A stretch of 64,000 bases of DNA, from the NCBI RefSeq assembly GCF_964213995.1, contig NC_135826.1, forward strand, positions 31,868,001 through 31,932,000. Direction: 5' to 3'. Shown piece by piece: positions 53,701-63,238 of the stretch. Both the position numbers and the translations under genes were made by a program. Position 1 is the stretch's first letter, and each line of letters opens with the position of its first letter. Source of the stretch: Mustelus asterias. Lineage: Eukaryota. The notes under the pieces are model-generated. The model did no database searches and was not told the origin of the DNA. It worked only from the letters and a program-made list of their open reading frames with translations.

Positions 53701-53954
53701 TCAACTTGAGATGACAACACCAGAGGTTGATGAACTGGAGGCTGGACATTTGGAGGTGCTGAGGTTCAGGACAGCCGCGGTTTCACTGACATTTTACTGG
53801 ATGAAATGTTGGTACACCCAGAAAGACACAGCAAGCCAGAGAAAAGTAAATCAAACTAAAACACTAAATGAAACTTAGCACTTACACAAGGGACCATGTT
53901 TTCATTCTGTACATTAATTTGTCGTAAAAGTCGTCGTTCATAGTCCTGATCCAT
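14703..53954 (-). CDS. FZR1: Fizzy-related protein 1 (Cdh1), APC/C co-activator; 13 coding exons, 493 aa
   Basis: Exons 53886-53954, 46082-46207, 40449-40512, 34652-34779, 34109-34191, 31798-31981, 27653-27718, 26273-26375, 21692-21876, 20284-20517, 19485-19589, 17343-17435 and 14703-14744 have GT-AG boundaries and compatible phases and sum to 1482 nt. The protein starts [12 protein letters not shown] and has the C-box DRFIPSR, KLLR, WD40 repeats and the C-terminal IR tail (LFTRIR*). Confidence 0.98.
17343..17435 (-). CDS. FZR1: FZR1 coding exon 12
   Basis: [31 protein letters not shown]. Confidence 0.97.
17713..18054 (-). mobile_element. HE1-type tRNA-derived V-SINE, full length
   Basis: GGGCGGCAC head with Pol III A/B boxes, V-domain, CR1-like tail; CTAGTG target-site duplication. 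Confidence 0.9.
19485..19589 (-). CDS. FZR1: FZR1 coding exon 11
   Basis: [35 protein letters not shown]. Confidence 0.97.
20284..20517 (-). CDS. FZR1: FZR1 coding exon 10
   Basis: [31 protein letters not shown]...HANEL. Confidence 0.97.
21692..21876 (-). CDS. FZR1: FZR1 coding exon 9
   Basis: [16 protein letters not shown]...LASGGNDNK. Confidence 0.97.
23537..23878 (-). mobile_element. HE1-type V-SINE
   Basis: Near-identical to 17713-18054. Confidence 0.9.
23980..24028 (+). repeat. (GA)n/(CA)n microsatellite
   Basis: Direct read. Confidence 0.9.
24260..25430 (-). mobile_element. Degraded CR1 LINE 3' part
   Basis: Remnants of RT and ORF2 C-terminus ([10 protein letters not shown]...KNKEVML). 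Confidence 0.8.
26273..26375 (-). CDS. FZR1: FZR1 coding exon 8
   Basis: [34 protein letters not shown]. Confidence 0.96.
27653..27718 (-). CDS. FZR1: FZR1 coding exon 7
   Basis: [22 protein letters not shown]. Confidence 0.96.
28313..28661 (-). mobile_element. HE1-type V-SINE, older copy
   Basis: Diverged copy of the same head and body. Confidence 0.8.
29653..29680 (+). repeat. Poly-G tract (28 nt)
   Basis: Direct read. Confidence 0.95.
30617..31232 (-). mobile_element. CR1 LINE 3' fragment, same subfamily as 60878-62623
   Basis: Near-identical ORF2 C-terminus ([32 protein letters not shown]) and tail. Confidence 0.92.
31798..31981 (-). CDS. FZR1: FZR1 coding exon 6
   Basis: [39 protein letters not shown]...ACTSQ. 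Confidence 0.97.
32588..33423 (-). mobile_element. Rex1/Babar-like LINE 3' part
   Basis: [42 protein letters not shown] motifs. Confidence 0.88.
34109..34191 (-). CDS. FZR1: FZR1 coding exon 5
   Basis: [27 protein letters not shown]. Confidence 0.96.
34652..34779 (-). CDS. FZR1: FZR1 coding exon 4
   Basis: [43 protein letters not shown]. Confidence 0.97.
35450..35975 (-). mobile_element. CR1 LINE 3' fragment
   Basis: agaacatagaacag tail and [12 protein letters not shown]. Confidence 0.85.
36665..38612 (-). mobile_element. CR1 LINE (second subfamily), 5'-truncated and frameshifted
   Basis: ORF pieces with [25 protein letters not shown]. Confidence 0.93.
40449..40512 (-). CDS. FZR1: FZR1 coding exon 3
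   Basis: [21 protein letters not shown]; tag/gt boundaries. Confidence 0.96.
41524..41874 (-). mobile_element. HE1-type V-SINE
   Basis: Near-identical to 17713-18054; CATTAT duplication. Confidence 0.9.
42467..44829. mobile_element. Non-autonomous TIR DNA transposon (Harbinger/PIF-like MITE) enclosing the OPA1 retrocopy
   Basis: Left end GGGCCAATTTTACCA (42467-42481); right end TGGTAAAATCAGGCCC (44814-44829, reverse complement GGGCCTGATTTTACCA); 3-bp flanks CCA/TCA; GC-rich arms with many palindromes. Confidence 0.75.
42846..44549 (+). pseudogene. OPA1: Processed (intronless), 5'-truncated OPA1 mitochondrial dynamin-like GTPase pseudogene
   Basis: Runs from G3 (MVLVDLPG) through G4 (TKVD) to the native end FIEALHQEK* (44547-44549). 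Lesions: +1 frameshift near 43681, an in-frame codon loss near 44400, and a premature TGA at 44460-44462 (probable CGA>TGA). Confidence 0.96.
46082..46207 (-). CDS. FZR1: FZR1 coding exon 2 (C-box)
   Basis: [42 protein letters not shown]; cag/gtatg boundaries. Confidence 0.97.
46620..47800 (-). mobile_element. Composite of CR1 3' end and degraded CR1/L2-group RT fragments
   Basis: VIVGGQSS...[17 protein letters not shown] and KSN..NY..ISLL remnants. Confidence 0.75.
49605..49730 (+). mobile_element. HE1-type SINE tail fragment
   Basis: gggcctgggtgggattg...gatgggccgg...ctgcactgtaggg. Confidence 0.75.
50870..51515 (+). mobile_element. Rex1/Babar-like LINE 3' part
   Basis: Same family as 32588-33423; tcaaatcaaa tail. 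Confidence 0.88.
51950..52515 (+). mobile_element. CR1 LINE 3' fragment, same subfamily as 36665-38612
   Basis: Matches the reverse complement of ~36670-37220; (CTATGACT)n tail. Confidence 0.9.
52530..52679. mobile_element. Penelope-derived hairpin mini-element
   Basis: Inverted arms 52530-52581 and 52593-52644, followed by ccccagtccaacg.cggcatctccaca. Confidence 0.72.
53200..53396 (+). mobile_element. HE1-type V-SINE, 5'-truncated
   Basis: 3' half only. Confidence 0.82.
53886..53954 (-). CDS. FZR1: FZR1 coding exon 1 ([23 protein letters not shown])
   Basis: ATG at 53954, donor gtaag at 53885; likely acceptor ccag just upstream of 53987. Confidence 0.95.
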
Positions 53955-55603
53955 AGTTAAGCGGGTTGAACTTTAGTGAGGCTTAATCTGGAGTCAGTTC
54001 CAAAACCAGGAAAGAAAGAAACAACATTGAAGTGTAAACATTAATACGCTGTGCAACTTTCACATTGGTAGTAGCTATGATAAATATACAATACAAAACA
54101 ATTCATTAATTGGAATACAAATAAATTACTTGCAGGACATTTTGAATCAGAACATTGACACACTACACTTTTGGAACTGGTGGTACAGAATGAGCTTGAT
54201 TGTTCATCTGATATGATATTAGTGTATCTGGAGGAAAGGGATTCTGGTAACACCTGAAAGCCAATGTCCAAGATTCCAACCTATAATGCAAATGTTTCCA
54301 TAAAGAAACAAATTTTTAAAAGTGTCTTCATGTTTTTGAAGAGAGATCTTATTATGACAGCATCAAGCTAATCACGTTAATATCAATAACTTGCACTTAT
54401 ATTTTTGCTCGAATGTATAAAGCTTTCAAAACCACTGCCCAGAGGGACAGTATGGTGGAGTAAAACTAAATAGGAATTGATAGGGTTACAAACATTGCGC
54501 CATGAAGGAGAGATTAGGGTATGAACATATGAATTAGAAGGAATAGGTTGAAAAGATGGACTTGGAAAAAGCTTTTTCTTTTAAAAAAGGAAAAATTAGA
54601 TGTTCCACATGGTCAAAGTTGGAAGTACAAGAGGCGATACATGGAATTTAGAAGTGTTCATCATCTAATCAATATCAGGAAAGGTTGGCATTGGGGAACA
54701 ATGCTTTACATAATTGCGATTTTAGCACTTTGTCAGGAGTGTGATGAAAGCTTAAGCTTGATTTTTCAGAATAGTGCAAAAAAAAAAGAACTTTGGTTTG
54801 GCATTACCAACCCCACTAATTATGATTATCACAAAATGTGAGGTTTAGTAGTAGAAAAAAAGCGTAATTCATAATTTATTTCACACTTCACCACACAAGG
54901 TTCCTGAATTGATTTGAATAGAATAGCACTCAACACACTTGTTAAACCTAAAAGATAAAGCAGTACTATCAACTCTCACTTCATCCAAGGTTGAAAGCCA
55001 GAAGAATCTCCTTCACTGCTGCATTCAGCCCAGGAGGTTTCATCATTCAGATGAGATCAAAATGTTAAATCGCTGCTGTTTAGGTGGACATAGAAGATTC
55101 CATCACACCATGTGAGCACAGGGAAGTTCTCCTGGCATTCTGGCTACCATTTATGCTTCAAACACCATTAATGTCTTAGGTTTCATCACTGAGAGTCTAC
55201 TTTTTTTAAACTGGTGGTCGAATCTGCTTAGATGCAAACAGCAACAACACTTACAAAAACAAATTTAGGGGCTGGAAAATGCTTTGGTCCCATAGATGTC
55301 GCCCACTAATTAAATCCTGAATATTGTAAGCTTGTATAATTAACAAATCAGTACAAACTCACGACGTGAAGATAATTTTATACATCCAAAACTCTGCAGG
55401 ACCACCCTGGTCATGTCCCACTCTTTCCACACACAACAATAAACTACCAAGTTTTCAAAGCCCTAACCCACATCACGTTATTCTATTTGTGCAATTTTCT
55501 CTTCCACTAATCTGAACCTGCGCCCTCCAGTCCTCTCTTGCGATTAATCTTGCCCATGTCTGCTTTAGAAGACCCAAAGCTTCAGTTTTTTCAGCGTCTG
55601 CTT

Positions 55604-55924
55604 GGGGTGGCACGGTGGCTAGCACTGCTGCATCACAGCTCCAGGGACCTGGGTTTGGTTCCTGGCTTGGGTCACTGTGTGTGTGGAGTTTGCACGTTCT
55701 CCCCATGTCTGCGTGGGTTTCCTCCGGGTGCTCCGGTTTCCTTCCGCAGTCCAAAGATGTGCAGGTTAGGTGCATTGGCCATGCTAAATTGCCTCTTAGT
55801 TTAGAGGGTTATATTTAGATTGGCAGGTTAAATATATGGGGTTACTGGGATAGGGCCTAGGTAGATTGTTGTCGATGCAGACTCGATGGGCTGAATGGCC
55901 TCTTATGGTTTCTATGATTCTATG
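55604..55924 (+). mobile_element. HE1-type V-SINE
   Basis: Head, V-domain and tctatga tail. Confidence 0.88.
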
Positions 55925-56524
55925 CTTGAACATCTTCCAAAAACACTATGCCTTACTCCCTACGTTCAAGAGACCCCTAAAAGCAAACCACTTCATCCCA
56001 TGTAATAAGTATTCTTAAAAAGTTTAACTTCACAAAAAACAATATATAAAACATTGTTTTGTTCTTCTCACACCATGCATTTTACAAATTCAAATGGACA
56101 GCAAGATTTGCCTCATTTATGAAAATGACTAGTATAAATCAGTATTATGGTATCCCATCTATGAAGATAAGAAAGTAAACATTCTCTGCAACAAAATCCA
56201 TTCTCCTGCATATAAATATTTACGCAAAAAGTTAAGTAGCTTGCAATTTTTAGAAATTACATGCTGATAACATTTTGTTCATGCATTTGTCATAAGATGT
56301 ATTGAACAGACACAGAAAATATACAATTGGGAACAACTGGAAGGTAACAATGAGCAAATATAACAAAGTAGGCTGTTCTGAACTCCAGGAAAGTATTTTC
56401 ATGCTGAACTGACTGATTACATAACACCAAATGTAGTTGAAAAGGTAGAAGGTAACAATCAGACTGAAGAAAGGACTGGAATAAGGCATGGTCACATTAC
56501 AGAGAGATGGTAGGTGGTATTCTC

Positions 56525-56655
56525 AGTAAGAAGTTTAACAACACCAGGTTAAAGTCCAACAGGTTTATTTGGTAGCAAAAGCCACACAAGCTTTCGGCGC
56601 TCTCAGCCCCTTCTTCAGGTGAGTGGGAATTCTGTTCACAAACAGAGCTTATAAA
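56525..56655 (-). mobile_element. Penelope terminal fragment containing a minimal hammerhead ribozyme motif
   Basis: Minus strand CAC-CTGAAGA-AGGGGC TGAGA GCGCC-GAAA-GCTT-GTG at 56585-56621. Confidence 0.7.
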
Positions 56656-57570
56656 AAAGGAGTATTCTTGCCAGATAACGTCTACCATGACAATTCATTT
56701 CACCTTGTTTAGAACAGTAAAACCAGAGGACATGGTCTGCATTTGAAGGAAGACAAATTCAAAACTAATTTGCAGAAATAATATTTCAATGAGAAAGTGA
56801 TTAATCTATGGAACAGGTTGCCCAGCGATATAGTGGAAGACATTAGTATTAACTCACTGAAATGCACAGATAGATTTCTGACATTTTGGGATGCAACTCA
56901 TGAATGAGTTGAGCCATGACGTGTGGCAAGTGTAATTTGCTTAGGAGGAATAAATGACTTTAACCTATGATTCCTAATGCAGGGGTTCCTTCACATCATG
57001 CCTGCTATAGATCAGTCAAGAGATTGATTGCTAGGATTATTTAGCTCCATTATCATGGCACTATGCAACTGCCAGGATGGTAGAAGACAAAAGTATGTGA
57101 ACCTTGGTCTTTCTATCTCTACCCATTCTGATGTTTGCAACTGAAAAGCCCTGATGCTGGCAACTGTCACTTGTAGTGAAAGCAATTTCCTCCTTTAAGA
57201 CACTTGTTGAAACCCATCGCTTTGGCCAAGATTTTGGCTATTCGACCCAATATCTCCTTCAGTGGCTCGGTGTCATATTTTGCTTTACAATGGTCTTGTG
57301 AAGCACCTTGGGATGTGTTATTATACTTGTATAGTCCTTTTAATGCAAGTTTCCTATTGGCACAGAATTCTGTCTATTTGATGACGATGGGCATTGAAGG
57401 ATTGTTAACTTTAGTTCATCCGTTCTCTCCAGATGCTGCCTGATACGCTTCCGGCGCTTTCTTTTTCATTTACCGACATTTGCAGTTTTGTTTTTCATTC
57501 ATGAAAAGGTAGTATAGCAGTATGGGAAAAAAACAATGGAACTAATAGAAGAGCAAATATATACCCTGGA

Positions 57571-57868
57571 TCATAGGATCCCCACAATACAGAGGAGGCC
57601 ATTCGGTCCATCAAGCTTGCATCGACCACAATCCCACCCAAGCTCTATTCCTGTAACCCCACACATTTACCCTAATTCCCCTGACACTAGGGTTAATTTA
57701 GCACAGCCAATCAACCTAACCCGCACATTTTTGGACTGTGGGAGGGAAACCAGAGCAAACCCACGCAGACACAGAGAATGTGCAAACTCCACACAGACAG
57801 TGACCAGAGGTCAGAATTGAACCTGGGTCCCTGGCACTGAGGTAGCAGTGCTAACCACTGCGCCACCC
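57571..57868 (-). mobile_element. HE1-type V-SINE
   Basis: Diverged copy. Confidence 0.82.
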
Positions 57869-58097
57869 ATCTAAACCAATACAAGGGCATTAGCCAGTCA
57901 GTGATCTCAGTACTGTCTGTAGAAAATGTATGTGCACAAATTGACTGCTGCATGTGTACATAACAAGCTATAGTATTTCAAAATTAGTATTTCACCTTAG
58001 TTGTGAAAGGGGTTGGGCCATCATATTTCTGATACATTCAAATGAAATCGAGACAACTTTTGATAAATAGACTGGGTACAGACTGAGAAGCATTGTC

Positions 58098-58428
58098 CAC
58101 AGCAGTGATTAGCACTGCTGCCTCACAGTGCCAGGGACCTGGGTTCAATTATAGCCTTGGGTCACTGTGTGTGGAGCTTGCATGTTCGCCCCTGTCTGTG
58201 TGGGTTTCCTCCAGGTGCTCCAGTTTCCTCCCACAGTCAAAGAATATGCAAGTTAGATGGATTGGCTATGCTAGATGTGTAGGTTAGGGGGATTAGCAGG
58301 GTAATTCATAGAATTGCAACAGTGCAGAAGAGGTTACAAGAAAGGACCTGGGTGGGATGCTCTTTCAGAGAGTCGGTGCAGGCTAGATGGGCCAAATGGC
58401 CTCCTTCTGCACTGTAGGGATTCTATGA
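58098..58428 (+). mobile_element. HE1-type V-SINE
   Basis: Diverged copy, inverted relative to 57571-57868. Confidence 0.8.
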
Positions 58429-58723
58429 CACAGAAAATGCAACTTTGCATCTGCAGTGAAGCCACGTTATCAAAATATAATTAACAGCAATCCCAAATCC
58501 TACTCCAAGCGGTTCAAAAGGAGGACTCGAGGCAGCAGGATCTGGGTTGAACAAACCCAAAAGAGCGCAGACGGTGAAGAAACTCATGCTCAGCAGTCCA
58601 GTGTACGGGGTGTGGGTGTTTGACCATCAACGCCTCCCCACAGTGAAGGCACCAAGCTGGGCACGGGGACGCCAGCAGTAAGCACAGCACACACAGTGTA
58701 AGAGAGAGAGAGAGAAGACTTAC

Positions 58724-58950
58724 TCTACCTGCAATGTCGGACTGTCCAACGGAGAAACCTCGACCAAAACAAAGGGGGCTTCTGGATGAAGAATCGCCCT
58801 CACATACTAGCCCGTGCCACGGCTTCTCTCAGCTCAAGTATCCAGACCTTTTCTTCCCCCCCCCCCACTCACCCTAACCCAGCCCTGGGGCTCCGCGACT
58901 CCTCGAGCTGTTCAGCCCACAGACAACATGGCAGCCGCACTTCCGGCGCC
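58724..58950 (-). other. FZR1: Probable non-coding first exon of FZR1
   Basis: Lies in the CpG island next to the promoter motifs and ends in a gtaag donor at 58723; TSS not determinable from sequence. Confidence 0.65.
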
Positions 58951-59055
58951 GGAGCGACCGTTACCCATTGTGACGTCACTGAGATTCAAACCGCCGCCGG
59001 AAGTGCGGCCGTTGCCATGGCAACGCGGGGCGGGGGGGTCACCATGGTTACCTCA
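58920..59055. promoter_or_regulatory. CpG-island bidirectional promoter
   Basis: YY1-like CAACATGGC (58924), ETS/GABP CCGGAAGTG on both strands (58938-58946, 58997-59005), CRE TGACGTCA (58971-58978), RFX X-box GTTGCCATGGCAAC (59011-59024), GC box (59027-59035), second X-box-like GTCACCATGGTTAC (59038-59051). Confidence 0.85.
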
Positions 59056-59293
59056 TCACCCTAAACGAAGCGGGTTTAAGATCGAATAAACTTTCCAACG
59101 CCCCGGTCATATATATATATATATTTTTTTTTTGTTCCTAAATCTAAAGAGGCAGGTTTGGTGCCGGGAGTCCGGTTCCAGTTGCTGGTGGTGGGTGTGT
59201 GTTTCGGCCCCAGGCCCCAAGCGGCGGCGGGGGGGGTGAAGCTGAGGACCCCCCCCCCACCACCCACCACCACCACTTCCCAGGTCAGTCAAC

Positions 59294-59455
59294 ATGGCGG
59301 AGGAGACGGTGCTGCCAATGATGTTCCTACTCCTGTTTCTCTTCATGAAACGCCGCGCCGACTACGAGAGTGCGGGCGTGGAGAGGAGGAACGACGCGCA
59401 GAGGAGGCTGAGATTGAGGCAGTATTTCCAGCAGCGCCAGAGGAAAATGATCTTG
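59294..59455 (+). CDS. Coding exon 1 of Harbinger-transposase-derived gene
   Basis: aacATGG Kozak context; MAEETVLPMMFLLLFLFMKRRAD...RQRKMIL (54 codons); phase-0 donor gtaaat at 59456 matches the phase-0 acceptor at 63238. Confidence 0.75.
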
Positions 59456-60877
59456 GTAAATGGGAGAGAGGGAAAGGGAAATTAGAGAAAACAACAACAA
59501 CAACAAACGTGCGCGGGTCACACAAAAGGCAAAAAACTTTCACTCGTCTTTGGCCCCCTAACTCCTGAAAGCAGTGGGTCTCCAATGAACAGGAGAAGAA
59601 CCACTCAAAGCTTGTTCTTGCTCCCTTATCTTGTTCACCCATAGCTGGAGTTTGTAATCCCATTCAGAACCACAATATAAAAGCGAGTGACTTGGCGGGT
59701 GGACGGACGCGTTTTCCTTTTTGTTTTGGATCCAGTTACTTAAGAAAGGGGAGTCTCAAATTAGACCATCGATACGATTTAAATAGCGTCAGGTATGAAA
59801 CACATGGCGACCTATTTTTGAAATACTCCACAATCGTGACTGATATTGAGATGGGCTTTATTAGCTGATCCTAATCAGGTTAGGATTCTTTTTAAGCAGC
59901 GGGGTGGTTAGAACATTGGAGTAGCTGACCAGAAAGTGATGGAAGCAAGCACTGCAACAGCTCCCGAATAGGAAAAAGATAAATATTGGATGAGATGTAA
60001 GTAAAAGATGCGAAGGAAAGATAGGGGAATGGCACCATGTATGTGTTTCTTTCAGAAAACTGGAATCGGTGTAATGGACCACATAACCTCCTTCTGTACT
60101 ATAAAATTCAAACCTTCTTTCACAAATATCTGCTCTCCCCCCCCCCCCACCCAGATGTAAAATGTATTGTTTAAATTATTCAGAAACTGGATGGACTGTG
60201 GAGGGAGAATAAGTACATAGAGCAACTAGGCTACTCGATTAAGATTAGATCAAGTTTCATTTTCTATGTGCTGATTGGAAGGGTCCTGTTAAATTAAAGT
60301 TGGCATATAGGAGCGTGCTTCTTACATTTATTTCAGTTATTTTTGTTGTTCTGTGAGCTATTGTCAGGCTAGAATGTAGAGAACTTAGTGGTGCAGTCAG
60401 CTGTAATCTGGAAGTAACTGGTTCTGACATTGGGTGTTTTTTTCATCTCAAAGTTTTAGATGTAAAGTTTCTTCTGAATTTTAGCAGACTACATATGAAT
60501 ACAAAAGCTGAAGAATAACTTAGTTTTCCAACCCCTATTACCAGACAAAAAGTGATTTGATACAGCTATTACCATTTAGGTGTCACAGTGTAGCTTTAAA
60601 TTAACAACTGAACTGTCAATCTTTCTGTTTATGATTTTCAAAAGTTGAAAAACTAATTATGCATTAAGAAATTATCGAACTTTAAAAGCTAAGCAAAATT
60701 GCAGAGGCTTTATTAAACCAGTTTGTATGCCAATCCAGTTTGATTTTTCCCTCTAACCATATTTGAGTGTTGATTGAAACCTCCATATTTACATTTGGGA
60801 TGGAGTTTGTGCCTGTAAGAAATTAACTTTCATACCAAAGTTTAATCCCCTTAATTGTAAATTTCTGGGTGGAAACA

Positions 60878-62623
60878 GTAGTGGGAACTTGTGTATGGAG
60901 TCAGTAGAGATAGGCGAGGTGATGAATGAATACTTTTCTTCAGTGTTCACCAAGGAGAGGGGCCATGTTTTTGAGGAAGAGAAGGTGTTACAGGCTAATA
61001 GGCTGGAGGAAATAGATGTTCGGAGGGAGGATGTCTTGGCAGTTTTGAATAAACTGAAGGTCGATAAGTCCCCTGGGCCTGATGAAATGTATCCTAGGAT
61101 TCTTTGGGAGGCAAGGGATGAGATTGCAGAGCCTTTGGCGTTGATCTTTGGGTCCTCGCTGTCCACGGGGATGGTGCCAGAGGACTGGAGAATGGCGAAT
61201 GTTGTTCCTCTGTTTAAGAAAGGGAATAGAAATGACCCTGGTAATTATAGACCGGTTAGTCTTACTTCGGTGGTTGGTAAATTGATGGAAAAGGTCCTTA
61301 GGGATGGGATTTACGACCATTTAGAAAGATGCGGATTAATCCGAGATAGTCAGCACGGATTCGTGAAGGGCAAGTCGTGCCTCACAAATTTGATAGAATT
61401 TTTTGAGGAGGTAACTAAGTGTGTTGATGAAGGTAGGGCAGTTGATGTCATATACATGGATTTTAGTAAGGCGTTTGATAAGGTCCCCCATGGTCGGCTT
61501 ATGATGAAAGTGAGGAGGTGTGGGATAGAGGGAAAGTTGGCCGATTGGATAGGTAACTGGCTGTCTGATCGAAGACAGAGGGTGGTGGTCGATGGAAAAT
61601 TTTCGGATTGGAGGCAGGTTGCTAGCGGTGTGCCGCAGGGATCAGTGCTTGGTCCTCTGCTCTTTGTGATTTTTATTAATGACTTAGAGGAGGGGGCTGA
61701 AGGGTGGATCAGTAAACTTGCTGATGACACCAAGATTGGTGGAGTAGTGGATGAGGTGGAGGGCTGTTGTAGGCTGCAAAGAGACATAGATAGGATGCAA
61801 AGCTGGGCTGAAAAATGGCAAATGGAGTTTAACCCTGATAAATGTGAGGTGATTCATTTTGGTAGGACAAATTTAAATGTGGATTACAGGGTCAAAGGTA
61901 GGGTTCTGAAGACTGTGGAGGAACAGAGAGATCTTGGGGTCCATATCCACAGATCTCTAAAGGTTGCCAGTCAAGTGGATAGAGCTGTGAAGAAGGCCTA
62001 TAGTGTGTTAGCTTTTATTAACAGGGGGTTGGAGTTTAAGAGCCGTGGGGTTATGCTGCAACTGTACAGGACCTTGGTGAGACCACATTTGGAATATTGT
62101 GTGCAGTTCTGGTCACCTCACTATAAGAAGGATGTGGAAGCGCTGGAAAGAGTGCAGAGGAGATTTACCAGGATGCTGCCTGGTTTGGAGGGTAGGTCAT
62201 ATGAGGAAAGGTTGAGGGAGCTAGGGCTGTTCTCTCTGGAGCGGAGGAGGCTGAGGGGAGACTTAATAGAGGTGTATAAAATGATGAAGGGGATAGATAG
62301 AGTGAACGTTCAAAGACTATTTCCTCGGGTGGATGGAGCTATTACAAGGGGGCATAACTATAGGGTTCGTGGTGGGAGATACAGGACGGATATCAGAGGT
62401 AGGTTCTTTACGCAGAGAGTGGTTGGGGTGTGGAATGGACTGCCTGCAGTGATGGTGGAGTCAGACACTTTAGAAACATTTAAGCGGTTATTGGATAGGC
62501 ACATGGAGCACACCAGGATGATAGGGAGTGGGATAGCTTGATCTTGGTTTCAGATAAAGCTCGGCACAACATCGTGTGCCGAAGGGCCTGTTCTGTGCTG
62601 TACTGTTCTATGTTCTATGTTCT
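60878..62623 (+). mobile_element. Young 5'-truncated CR1 LINE (RT and C-terminal ORF2) in the intron of the Harbinger-derived gene
   Basis: Uninterrupted 550-aa ORF with [33 protein letters not shown]; tail (TTCTATG)n. Confidence 0.95.
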
Positions 62624-63238
62624 AAATGAATGGAGTTCAAGTTTACCCTTGGTTGAGTTTAAGAAAAAACAAATTCTATCACATTCAATTGCAAGCTGGT
62701 TAAAAAACCTTTTTAAAAGTTGTATACATCTTCAAGTTCTGCAATGTTTTCTTGAAAGATAAATCTTGTTGATAGGTCCAAATTACAATTTTTCATTTCA
62801 TGATTCTTTATATTAATAACTTTTTAAACAAAATCTTCAAAATGTGGACAAATGCCTTCAATGAACACACTCTAAACTGTATAGCTTTATTGCATTGTGC
62901 ACTTAAAATTGTTTTAAATTAGCTCAAGTTGTCCCCCTGGGTCTAATGACCTCATTGTCAGTGATTTAAAGTAAAAGTTATTTATTTTTAGTTATCATGT
63001 TAACAAAGTATCCATCCAAGAGGAAATTTTAACTTCGATTTGTGTTACCATATCTAAAGTGTGTCTTTATTTTTTAATACCTGTGCAATGTTCATACACT
63101 ATGATCGCAGCATGCCTCAGCAGGAAAATGTTGTCAAAGTATATGGCTTTTGTACTATAACCATTAAATAAAAAAATCTTGCAGTATTGCTGAATATTTA
63201 AGGAGTATAATTACAACAATATTTTTCTTTGTTTGTAG

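Noticed and set aside
3857-58287. Many 60-140 aa ORFs sharing [11 protein letters not shown] / GLGHCLCG / [11 protein letters not shown] peptides
   Set aside because: Translations of V-SINE copies, not a gene family.
59076-59663. Overlapping GC-rich ORFs on both strands around the promoter
   Set aside because: Stop-poor CpG-island artefacts; only the 59294 frame has Kozak context and a phase-compatible donor.
60789-61787. Minus-strand ORFs of 110-145 aa
   Set aside because: Antisense shadows of CR1 ORF2.
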